A DNA stretch of 64,000 bases, taken from contig OZ218952.1 of assembly GCA_965112735.1 (NCBI GenBank), positions 2,294,001 through 2,358,000 of the forward strand, given 5' to 3'. The notes beneath the pieces were generated by a model. The model saw only the letters and a program-made list of their open reading frames with translations. It did not search any database and was not told the DNA's origin. This DNA comes from Phaeosaccion multiseriatum. Lineage: Eukaryota; Protista; Ochrophyta, other classes. Within the stretch, counting starts at the first letter, position 1; each line of letters opens with the position of its first letter. The translations under genes were made by a program, and so were the position numbers. Below, one piece after another: positions 38,401 to 50,564 of this stretch.

Positions 38401-41400
38401 CTCCGTCCCACGGGGACACTCCTTCTCCGTGTCGAAGGAGGGGAGGGTGGTGTCTGCTCTCAAGATTGTCGTCAAGACTGGAAGGCAGGGCACCAGCATG
38501 GATGATAACCTTCGGGTGAGTGGCTGGGTGAATGGGCGCCCAGGGTGGGTGGGTGGGTGGATGAGTGGGTGGATGAGTGGATGGATGAGTGGGTGGGTCC
38601 GTCAGTCAGTCAGCCAGTCAGTGCGAAAGCAAGGAAGTGACAAGATGCTTTTAGGGGCGGGGGGTGGGCGGCAAAGTAGTGAAACGGTGATGCACTGATT
38701 AGGAGGTTTGACGCGCACCTAACCACTCCATGGTACTGCCTGACGAGGATTACCGGCCCCCGGCCACTCTCCTGCTTCTTTCTTCTCCCTTCCTGTACTC
38801 AATCCTTCTTTCCCCTTGTCCTGGGCAGGAGGGCGATGTGCTGGTGATGCACAAGGGCTCCGGCGACACAAAGACCGAGGCCAAGAACGCCGTATCCCTC
38901 AAGGTAAGTCACTCAAGCAAGGAAACAGAGCAGGGCTGCTGTAGACCAGTGTCACAGTCTCTGCCCTCTGCCGTCCGTCACGATGGACCAGGAGATCGCG
39001 CTCCCAATACGTAGGATGGGGCCGCGGGATTTGTTTTCCCTCTCCTCTCTTCGATCAATCCCTTTTCTATCACTTGTCTGCTTCTCTCTTCTGTCGGTCT
39101 TCTCTTGTGTGTGTCTCTCCGTCTGTGCGTCTGTGTGTGGCCACGGGTCTCCTCCGTCCCGTCCCATCCCGTCCAACTCTTCCCTTCCCTTTGTGTGCGT
39201 GTGTATGTATGTGTATGTGCGTGTGTGTGCGTGTGTGTGCGTGTGCGTGTGCGTGTGCGTGTGTATGTGTGTGTATGTGTGTGTGTGTGCATATGTGGCG
39301 GGGGCAGGCTCTACGCTTCCTCCTCAACTCGAGCAAGTCGTCCCTCATCCCTGCCACCCTCGACGCGCTAGAGGCGCAAAAGAAGAGCGCGCTACTGGGC
39401 ATGGACACGTGCGCGGGTGGTGATGATGGTGGCATAGCTAAGGGCAAGGAGGGGGAAGAGGAGGAGAAGGGTGCGAACAGTGGTTCTGGGGCTTCTGCAG
39501 CTGGCGACGCTTCTGCGTACAGCGTGCGTCGTGAGGAGTGGCGCTGGCCTTTGGGCGGTGAGTTGGCGGCTGCAGCAGCCAAGATTTATCGGTCTGCGAG
39601 GGTGGGAAAGGAGCAAGAGCAACAGCTGGTGATCCAGCAGCAGCAACAGCAAGGACAAGGGGCGGCAGGAGAAGGGTCGATGGACGTTGGCGAGGATGGG
39701 CAGGGGCAAGGGCCCTCTGTCCGGGAGGCAGGAGGAGCAATGCCGATGGACACTGAGATTGGGAGCAGCAGCAGCAGCAGTGGCGGCTGTGACGGTGGTG
39801 CAGCAGCGGTACCGGACACTCTGAATCAGACCCACTGCTACTTCCTTCATAAGCTCTGTCTCCTCGACCCGCGCATTCTTAGTAATGCAGGTGGGTTGGT
39901 CGGGGGAGGGGGGTGGATGATGGAGGTCGGGCAGTGAGCGAGGAGGAAGAAGAAGAAGAAGAGGAGGAGGAGGTGGAGGAGGAGGAGGAGGGGGGGGGGG
40001 GAGGGGAGGAGGAGGAGGAGGAGGAGGAGGCAGAAGAAGGCAATCTGTGTGTGATGTGCTGTCCTGTGGTGGTGGAGCGTGCCTCTGCTGACCTTGTTCG
40101 GAGAGTGCTGTACTACAGTATACTATCTCTCTCACACGCCTTTGCCCTGCCCTGCCCTGCCCTGCCCTGCCCTGCGGCCTTGTGTTGTGTTCTCCTCCCT
40201 CCTCTCTCACATCTGCTTCGCCTGTCGATGTGCCACACTCACTCACACACACATGCGCACACACGGACACACATGCGCACACACACGACAGTGTACTCTA
40301 AGATCGCAGATCCGTCGGCTCCGGGAGAGCCGTCGCGCATGGCGGTCAGCGTTCGACTCATCCATAACCAGGTACCGTGTGAGTCTTGAGAGAGAGGTCA
40401 GGATACAATCTAGGGAGGTGTGTGTGGGTGTCTTGTATGTGGCTTTAGTTGAGAGAGAGAGATCAGGTGCGCGCCAACGCGGCACATACAAAAGCAAGCA
40501 ACAGTGAACCTCTCTATCTCTTTCTCCTCGCTGCCACGAAGAGAGCCTGGTCTTTTTTCTCTTTCCTCTTTCTATTCGATACATATTCGAGGTGCTGCTA
40601 CCGCTCGGCCACAGCTGACATTTCACGTGTTAGATTGGTCCTTTTAGCTGTACGTGCTTGTCTGTGTTGACATTTTGTGCCTGTTTGATCACTGTTTGTT
40701 GGCTGCTGTTTCGATGGCAGCAGGTGGCTGAGAACGAGGTGGTGATGCAGAGAGGCTTGGTGACGGAGGAGGAGGTGGAGCTCTTTGAGGAGGGTGAGGC
40801 CAAGAACAAGAGGGAGGCGAGGAATGCAGCCGCTCTCAAGGTACGGGTGAGGGGAGGGGAGGGGAGGGAGAAAGGGGGGTAAGGGGTTGAAGTGCACTGG
40901 GTCGATATACTTGCGTGTAGCTTCCTTCCTTTCGTCCTCCCGATTGTCTCACTCTCTCTCTCTCTCTTCACTCTCTCTCTCTGCTCTCCCTCTTTCTCCT
41001 TCCTTTCGGTAGATGCTCCAAATCCTGCTGGGCGTAACGGACGATGCTGCTTTGGAAGCGGCCATCGCAAAGCTTGAGCACGCCAAGGCCAAGGAAGACA
41101 AGAAGAGTAAAGCAAAGAGGGCAGCTAGAGCGGCGGCGGCAGCGGCAGCGGCAGCGGTTGGCAAGGAGGGGGGGGCGGACCGAGGGGACAATGGCATCCG
41201 AGTCGGGGGGGAGACGATGATTCAACTCGATAAGATGAATGATAAAGTGTTTGGCGGGCAGGGCGGAGCGGAGGAGACTCTGGAGGAGATTGCCGAACGA
41301 CAACGACTGCGGCAACAGGAGCAGGAACAGGAGGAGAAGAAGAAGAAGGGGGGGGCGCAGCAGCTGGTGGTGGTACAGCAGCAGGGGGGCGGTCAAGAGG

Positions 41401-42123
41401 AGGAGGAGGAGGAGGAGGGGGAGGAGGAGGAGGAGGGGAAACAGGCCGAGGAGAAGAGCAAGCGAAGTGGTGATGGTGGTGGCGCCAGCGGGGGCGACCG
41501 AAGCCTGGTTGAGTCCATGAATATTCTGCAATCCACCATGGAGGAGCAAGACAGACAGGACGCAGCCGCCGCCGCTGGTGGTGGGGCAGCAGCAGCAGCA
41601 GTAGTAGGAGCAGCAGGAGCAGCAGGAGCAGCAGGAGCCGCAGTTGGTGATACAGCAGCAGCACCGGCACCAGCACCAGCAGCAGGGGAAGAGGGTCGCA
41701 GCGTCTCCTTGGAGGAGACGGCGCGACTTGAGGCCCAGGAGGAGGAGGAGAAGGCGTGCATGCTGCTCATGTGCACCTTCCTCCACCGGCTCTGCTGCGC
41801 CGACACGCGAGTGCTCAAGTCCCCGTGCTACACCATCTCTATCCTCGAGGAATGCATTCGGGCGGAGGTGCGAGTGGAGTTGCAGAGGAAGGCCCTCCCG
41901 GCAGCAGCAGCAGCAGCAGCAGCAGCAACGGCGGCGGCGCCGAGCGGTAGCACTACCACTAGTAGTAGTAGTAGTGGTGGTGGTGGTATTGGTGGTGGTA
42001 ATGGTAGTGGTGGTAGTAGTAGTGGTGGTGGTGGTGGTGGTGGTGGTGGTGGTGGTGGTGGTGGTGGTGGTGGTGGTGGTGGTGGTGGTACGGGTGCAGA
42101 GCTGGGGGCGGGGCCGAGTGGGG

Positions 42124-42156
<33 letters not shown>

Positions 42157-42509
42157 GCAGTGTCGGCAGTGTCGGCAGTAGTGTCCAATTACCAGGGGAG
42201 GCCTTCTTCCTTCAAAAGGTGGGCGAGGGGAGCACAAAGAAAGAGGCCAAGGCACTAGCGGCTTTCAAGGTAAATGAAGGGGTGTGGGAGAGGGAGTGAA
42301 GTGGGAAGTGGTGTGTGGCGTGCTGCTCGCGTTATGGCCCTTCTGTCTCCTCTCTTTCTCCCCACCCCCACCCTCCTCATTGTCTCACATACACACAAAC
42401 TCAAATACACGCACCCCTTCCCCTCCCCGTCGCTTACCCCACCACCCACCTCTCCCATTCCCCCCAACGCGCGCACGCACACGCACGCGCACACGCACAC
42501 GCACGCACG

Positions 42510-42550
<41 letters not shown>

Positions 42551-43144
42551 CTGCTCCGCGTCCTGCTGCCCGACGCCGTCACCCCACGCGACATTTCCCT
42601 TGCCGTGGACCGCAAGGAGGAAGCCTACACCTCGTTGAAGCTTGTGGCGGCACGCACGATGGACTCGCTCCTGGCGGCGCGGGGAGGTGAGCTCAAGGGA
42701 CCGCTGCTGCTTAACGCGGAGCTCGTGCACACCTTCCATAAGGAGAAGGAGAAAGTCGGGCAGGGGGCGGGCAAGGAGAAGGAGGTAGCCGCGGCAGCGG
42801 TAGCAGCGGTGGCGGCGGTAGATGGTGCTGCTGCTGGTGGCGGTGTCGGAGGGGCTGCTGCTGCGGATGATGGAGCAGCGGGTGCAGGAGGAGGAGGAGA
42901 AGGCGGGGCGAGTGGACAGGGTGGTGATATACAGGGCACAGGTGGCACACCCCTCCTTCGCTTCAAGGGCAAGCTTCCGGAAGAGCTCACCGTGGTGGAG
43001 CTGAGAGAGGTGCTCGGAGAGTTTGGGTTGAACACGTTTGGCATGAGGAAGGGGCTCTTGCAGCGCTTGAAGGCCCACGCAGAGAGCCAGGCCTTCCTCG
43101 CTGCGGGCGGGGCAGCAGCAGCAGCAGCGGCGGGAGTCCGGTGA
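32433..43144 (+). CDS. Multi-dsRBD RNA-binding protein: Gly/Gln-rich N-terminus, five dsRBD-like domains (first one DGCR8/Pasha-like), C-terminal SAP domain
   Basis: Exons 32433-34096, 34416-34479, 35086-35895, 36167-~36808, 38072-38515, 38829-38903, 39308-39890, 40292-40371, 40724-40840, 41013-42269, 42551-43144. dsRBD C-helices: [71 protein letters not shown]: [29 protein letters not shown]. The 36.8-38.07 kb junction is uncertain, so this could be two tandem genes. Confidence 0.8.
34508..34885. repeat. Intronic minisatellite, about 32-bp unit, about 11 copies
   Basis: Head-to-tail GCTAAGCTGTGGTGTACAAGGCT(C/T)TGCTAATG variants with no unique spacers. Confidence 0.9.
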
Positions 43145-43188
43145 TGCGATGGCAAGCAGCAACAGGAGTAGATAGGGAGAGGAGAGTT

Positions 43189-43232
<44 letters not shown>

Positions 43233-43840
43233 CAGCTGGATGGCAGCTCACGACACATGGCCTGCCCGGGTAGGTGAGCAGGACGAACAGGGGCTCACGA
43301 ACAGGGTGTGTGCAGGGTGCGCGCCGCGATGGCTCAACGGGGGTGCTCGTGGGACAGTCATGGGGACAAATGTTCTGTGGCCAATGGTGGCGACAAGCAA
43401 CGGCTCTTTGGAGGAGCATGTCATTGCGTGTCGTCATCTCGAGCTGTATGGTATGCCCCGTTGTGGTTGGTTGGTTGATTGATATTGTGAGATTTTGGGT
43501 ATTGTTGCGGGGATGAGCGAGGGGAGAGGGAGGCCACCCTCCTCCTTCGCATCGAGTTTGGAGGTGGAGGAGCCTTCGGTGAGGATAAAACAGAACTAAT
43601 ATGCTGGAAGGACTCCGAATGTTCTTTTAATTAAAAAATATTTAATTCATTAAGAAAAAGGAGGTGGAAATGTGCCACATCTAAGCGCGTGTGCGTGTGG
43701 CAGCGAGTGAGTGAGTGCGTTTGCATGCGAGCGTGTGGATGTGTGTGTGTGTGTGCTGCGTTTGTGTGTGTGCGTGTGTGTGGGGTGCCTTTCTTCTCAC
43801 ACAATGGCCTCGGCCATTCCTCCGCCCTGAGGCCCCTCCT

Positions 43841-46800
43841 TCACGGCACTTCCCTTGCTGCCCTTTGTAGTACTCGGGTCGAGTGTTGACAGCCCCTGCG
43901 ATAGAGCGAGGGAGGGAGGGAGGGAGGGAGGGAGGGAGGAGGAAGGGAGGGAGGGAAAAGGCAAGTGTCGGTAAGTAACAGCAAAACGAGAGAGAGCACA
44001 GACTTTGAGGTGCTGACCACGCCCTGACTTGAATTGTCACTTGGCGACACTCCACAGCAGGGCGATGCTGTGGTGCGGCGATCGTTCAGTGGTGTCGCTC
44101 GGTGGTCTCCCAGACCCAGCCACGCCACTCACTCTTCGCACTCACGCACTCACGCACTCACCTGACCCTGGAGCAGGCAGGACTGTGTCTCTCTCGTGCT
44201 CTCGGCGTTCTGCTTTCCTGCTCCAGGGACAAGCTTGTCGAGGAACTCCGCCTTCGGAACGGTAGAGCGACCTACAAGCAGAATGCATGCACGCACGCAC
44301 GCACACATAAATAATCACTCGCTTGTTCACTCACGCAGTCACCCACGCACTCACGTACTGACTGACTGACTGACTGACTGACTGACTGACTGACTGACTG
44401 ACTGAGTGACTGACTGACTGACTGACTGACTGACTGACTGACTGACTGACTGACTGACTGACTGACTGAGTGAGTGACTGAGTGAGTGAGTGAGTGACTG
44501 AGTGAGTGACTGACTGACTGACTGACTGACTGACTGACTGACTGACTGACTGACTGACTGACTGATTGACTGACTGACTGACTGACTGACTGACTGACTG
44601 ACTGACTGACTGACTGACTGACTGACTGACTGACTGACTGACTGACTGACTGACTGACTGACTGACTGACTGACTGACTGACTGACTGACTGACTGACTG
44701 ACTGACTGACTGACTGACTGACTGACTGACTGACTGACTGACTGACTGACTGACTGACTGACTGACTGACTGACTGACTGACTGACTGACTGACTGACTG
44801 ACTGACTGACTGACTGACTGACTGACTGACTGACTGACTGACTGACTGACTGACTGACTGACTGACTGACTGACTGACTGACTGACTGACTGACTGACTG
44901 ACTGACTGACTGACTGACTGACTGACTGACTGACTGACTGACTGACTGACTGACTGACTGACTGACTGACTGACTGACTGACTGACTGACTGACTGACTG
45001 ACTGACTGACTGACTGACTGACTGACTGACTGACTGACTGACTGACTGACTGACTGACTGACTGACTGACTGACTGACTGACTGACTGACTGACTGACTG
45101 ACTGACTGACTGACTGACTGACTGACTGACTGACTGACTGACTGACTGACTGACTGACTGACTGACTGACTGACTGACTGACTGACTGACTGACTGACTG
45201 ACTGACTGACTGACTGACTGACTGACTGACTGACTGACTGACTGACTGACTGACTGACTGACTGACTGACTGACTGACTGACTGACTGACTGACTGACTG
45301 ACTGACTGACTGACTGACTGACTGACTGACTGACTGACTGACTGACTGACTGACTGACTGACTGACTGACTGACTGACTGACTGACTGACTGACTGACTG
45401 ACTGACTGACTGACTGACTGACTGACTGACTGACTGACTGACTGACTGACTGACTGACTGACTGACTGACTGACTGACTGACTGACTGACTGACTGACTG
45501 ACTGACTGACTGACTGACTGACTGACTGACTGACTGACTGACTGACTGACTGACTGACTGACTGACTGACTGACTGACTGACTGACTGACTGACTGACTG
45601 ACTGACTGACTGACTGACTGACTGACTGACTGACTGACTGACTGACTGACTGACTGACTGACTGACTGACTGACTGGACTGACTGACTGACTGACTGACT
45701 GACTGACTGACTGACTGACTGACTGACTGACTGACTGACTGACTGACTGACTGACTGACTGACTGACTGACTGACTGACTGACTGACTGACTGACTGACT
45801 GACTGACTGACTGACTGACTGACTGACTGACTGACTGACTGACTGACTGACTGACTGACTGACTGACTGACTGACTGACTGACTGACTGACTGACTGACT
45901 GACTGACTGACTGACTGACTGACTGACTGACTGACTGACTGACTGACTGACTGACTGACTGACTGACTGACTGGCTGACCTTTGCAGAGCTTCTCGAAGT
46001 CCGCCTTGATGCTCTGCAGAGCCTGCATGTCCAGCCTGCCTTGCTTCATCAACTGAAGCGATCGAGCAAAGTAATAAAGCAAACGAGCCAGTCAGTGGTA
46101 CCACAAGAGGGACGTGGTTAGTCAGAAGAATGAGGGTGTCGGACCCAAAGGCGGGCGTCAAAGAGCTACCCACTAAAGAGTCACTCACTGCTCTCCGAGG
46201 ATGAGGCAGTGATGGAGCCGTCGAAAGCAAGCAAGCATAGCAAGGAATCCACCCACCCCTATACTCGTAACTCTCCACACAACATGCCTGTCCACCCCTT
46301 CCTCCTTCCTCCTTCTCTTGCCTTCCTCCAACTCCTCACCATGAGGCACAAGAACTCTTCCTGGTCGATCTCGGCGTCCTTGTTGCCCAAGCAGTCCAGC
46401 ACCTGCAGGTCCGCTCGCGTCAGCTTCTCCTCCAGCTTGGAGGTCAGCTTGGCCTCCTGTGGCGACGATTGAGCACACACATCCGAACGGCCATCAGCAG
46501 CAGCAGAAGAAGCGTATGTGAGCAAAGCAGTCCATATGAACTGCGGAGGTTAGTACTCCGGTCGGCCAGCGCCTCTGCCCCTCTGTCCGGTCCTGCGCAC
46601 GTGTCGCTCACCTGGTAGCGGTCAACGATGACGCTTGCCACGCGACCAAGAGCCATGGCGAAGATTGGGATACTTTGGTACGCGAAGGAAGGAAAGAAGG
46701 AAGAAGGAAGGAAATGAGGAATGGAGTAAGGAAGGAAGGAAGGTAGGCAGGAAGGAAGGAAGGAAGGAAGGAAGGAAGGAAGAAAGGAAGGAGGGAAGGA

Positions 46801-49800
46801 AGGAAAAAAGGAAGGAAGAAGAAAGGAAGGAGGGAAGGAAGGAAGGAAGGAAGTACGAAGGAAGGAAGGAAGGAAAGAAGGAAGAAGGAAGGAAATGAGG
46901 AATAGGCAGGAAGGAAGGAAGGAAGGAAGGAAGGAAGGAAGAAAGGAAGGAGGGAAGGAAGGAAAAAAGGAAGGAAGAAGAAAGGAAGGAGGGAAGGAAG
47001 GAAGGAAGGAAGTACGAAGGAAGGAAGGAAGGAAGAAAGGAAGGAAGAAAGGAAGGAAGGAAGGAAGAAAGGAAGGAAGGAAGAAAGGAAGGAAGGAAGG
47101 AAGGAAGGAAGGAAGGAAGGAAGGAAGGAAGGAAGGAAGAAAGGAAGGAGGGAAGGAAGGAAGAAAGGAAGGAAGAAGAAAGGAAGGGGGGAAGGAAGGA
47201 AGGAAGCGAAGGAAGGAAGGAAGGAAGAAAGGAAGGAAGAAAGGAAGGAAGGAAGGAAGAAAGGAAGGAAGGAAGAAAGGAAGGAAGGAAGGAGGGAAGG
47301 AAGGAAGGAAGGAAGGAAGGAAGGAAGGAAGGAAGGAAGGAAGGAAGGAAGGAAGGAAGGAAGGAAGGAAGGAAGGAAGGAAGGAAGGAAGGAAGGAAGG
47401 AAGGAAGGAAGGAAGGAAGGAAGGAAGAAAGAAGGAATGAAGGAAGGGAGGAAGGAAGGGAGGAAGGAAGGGAGGACGGGTGGAAGGAGAAGGAAGAAAA
47501 GGAAGGAAGGAAGGAAGGAAGGAAGGAAGGAAGGAAGGAAGGAAGGAAGAAGGAAGGAAGGAAGGAAGGAGGGAAGGAAGGAAGGAAGGAAGGAAGGAAG
47601 GAATGAAGGAAGGAAGGGAGGAAGGGAGGAATGGAGGAAGGGAGGAAGGGCGGAAGGAAAGAAGGAAGGAAGAGGAAGGAAGAGGAAGGAAGGAAGGGAG
47701 GAAGGAAGGAAGGAAGGAAGGAAGGAAGGAAGGAAGGAAGGAAGGAAGGAAGGAAGGAAGGAAGGAAGGAAGGAAGGAAGGAAGGAAGGAAGGAAGGAAG
47801 GAAGGAAGGAAGGAAGGAAGGAAGGAAGGAAGGATGGATGGAAGGAAGGAAGGGAGGGAGGAAGGAAGGATGGTAGGATGGAAGGAAGGAAGGAAGGAAG
47901 GAAGGAAGGAAGGAAGGAAGGAAGGAAGGAAGGAAGGAAGGAAGGAAGGAAGGAAGGAAGGAAGGAAGGAAGGAAGGAAGGAAGGAAGGAAGGAAGGAAG
48001 GAAGGAAGGAAGGAAGGAAGGAAGGAAGGATGGATGGAAGGAAGGAAGGGAGGGAGGAAGGAAGGATGGTAGGATGGAAGGAAGGAAGGAAGGAATGATA
48101 TCTTTCTGCCCTAGTGACATCACCCCTTGAGAAGGAAAGACAACCAGCCCAGCCAATCAGCCTTCCCAACTCTCATCCTCGTACCCCTTGAGGGAGAGCG
48201 GCTGGACTCAACGAACTTGTCCTCCCTCTACTCTCTCCACTGCACCACGCAACCACGCTCTTCCTCCCCTCTTCTCTCTCCACACGGCCTCCATTCTCCC
48301 CTACCTGCACACTTTCCTCCCTCCTCTCCCCCCCTTTTCTCTCCTCCTCTACCACTCACCCGGTCAAGATGTATGTCCCTGTGAACCACATGGACAGCGT
48401 GCCCGTCGTCGGAGCGAAGAGCCCCGCCGTGGAGAGAGCGCTGACCGCAAAGTACAAAGACTCGACGAATGTCCACTCCTCGTGGCACATACCGTAAATG
48501 ATGCCTATGACGATCCACAGAGCGAAGAGGCCGAAGGTCACAACATTGTCGGCGTTCTTGAGGTACCAAAATCGAAGCTTCATGAGCACATTTCCTCTCT
48601 CCTGTGTGGGTAGTGGGGGCAATTCGAAGATCGCTCTGTCAAAGAGGTGGGTCTGCACGATTGGAACTATTGTGCTCCATCTGAGCATTATGTGAGAGGA
48701 AGAGATCGTTGTTTGTTCGCGCTCTCTCACTCACTCACTCACTCACTCACTCACTTACACCCTCCCTCACTCACTCACGCACTCACCCACCCACTCACTC
48801 CCTCACTCGCCCATTCACTTACCCACCCATTCACCCATTCACTCACTACTCACTCATTCACTCACTCACCCACTCACTCACTCACTCACTCACTCACTCA
48901 CTCACTCACCCCCTCACTCACTCACCCCCTCACTCACTCACCATACGCTCTAGGAATCGCTCGAACTCCGGGATGGTAAGGGTGCCACTCTTGTCCTCGT
49001 CGGCAAGATCGAACATCTTTCTCATCTTCGATGGCTTCTTCAGGCCCCACTCGTCTTTCTGCATGAAGGCGTATCGTCAGGCAGATATTTGACATGTTCG
49101 GTTTGAACTGCTCAGTGGTTTGGCGCAGTGATCTGTAGCCGGTAGACTCGGGCAGGGGCAACAGCCTTCCGAAGAGGATTCATCACGACTGCTCTCTCCG
49201 TCTCTCTCTCTCCGTCTCACCCTCTGTCTCTCTCTCCGTCTGCCCCTCTGTCTCTCTCTCTGTCTATCTACTATCTCTCTCCGCCTCTCTCTGTGCTTCT
49301 CACCTTTGTGAGTGCATACGCTTGGAATTCCTCGAAGTCAAGCTGCCCGTCCCCGTCACTGTCTGCGCTACCAAAGCTCTCGAGCATCAACTGAGTGCGC
49401 ATGATTCAATTCCATTAGGAGAGAGCAACAGGGGGGTGAGTGACAGTCAGTGACAATGAAGGGAATTGCCCAGAGCCGTACCCACTCCTCAAAAGAGCAC
49501 TACTACAGAAAGAGCGAGGTCGAAGATATTGGTATTTCCAGCTAGAGGCCGAACATGGCGAACAGGGCACCCTTCCAGCACTACCATGAGAGGCGTGAGT
49601 GAGAGTATACCTCTACTCCTCTGCTGCTGACACTCACCTCTTGGTACAGGTCCTGAAGAGGGGAGGTGGGGGCCACAGCCACAGGGAGATGGGTACAACA
49701 AGAAATACAGTGCAGGAGCAGGTTGTCTATCTGTCGGACTGACTGTCCATGCACCTGTCCCGCGGGTGCATCACACGCACGTACACACGCACACACACGC

Positions 49801-50514
49801 ACACACACACATATGCACACATACACACACGCACACACGCACGCACACACCCACGCACACACACATGCACGCACGCACTTACCTTCTCATTGAGCATGGC
49901 CTCGACGAAGATGGCCAGCGCCGCCGCCACGAAGGACGCTCCGAAGCAGATGAGCACTATGGACACCAGCATGGGGGCGGCTCCGTCGCTGCGGTCGAAG
50001 CCGAAGGCTCCAAAGCCCACGGAGAGGCCTTGGTGCGTGTATGGCACAAGGCAGAAGTAAGTTAGTATTTCTCGTGGAGCAGGAGTCGTCGCAAGTACGA
50101 GAGAGGAGTATGAGTCAGAAGCGAGGCAGCAAGTCCGTCAGCAGGCCGAGAAACGAACTACTTGTTTACTTGTTTGTGCCTCTTGCAAGAGCTTTGACGG
50201 GGCTACTGCAATACTGCACAGGGTGCAAACGGTGGCCCGCTGTCGAAGCAGCTGGCCCAGTTGCCAATGGGATTCCCAACTCACCGGTTTGAATGGAGTA
50301 GTAGTAGCTCTGTGCACAGACAGCGCATGTGCCAAGGGTGTGCATCGGGGGGTCAAGTGCAGATTGCTTAGCCCAGCAGTGGGATGGAGAGCTGGAACTT
50401 GGCTGGTCAGCAACGAATCGTGGCCTATGTTTCCACGGCCCTTCCTCTCATTTTTCTTCCATCCCTTCCTCTCTCTTACTATGTTTCCCTCTTCCTCCCT
50501 CTCTCTCTCTCTCC

Positions 50515-50564
<50 letters not shown>

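Noticed and set aside
44272-46278. 668-aa and 583-aa SQSV-repeat ORFs
   Set aside because: These are stop-free readings of the intronic (ACTG)n array. Only the short LMKQGRLDMQ...EKLCK exon is real coding sequence.
46444-48169. PSFL- and RKEG-repeat ORFs
   Set aside because: Translations of the intronic (GGAA)n tract.
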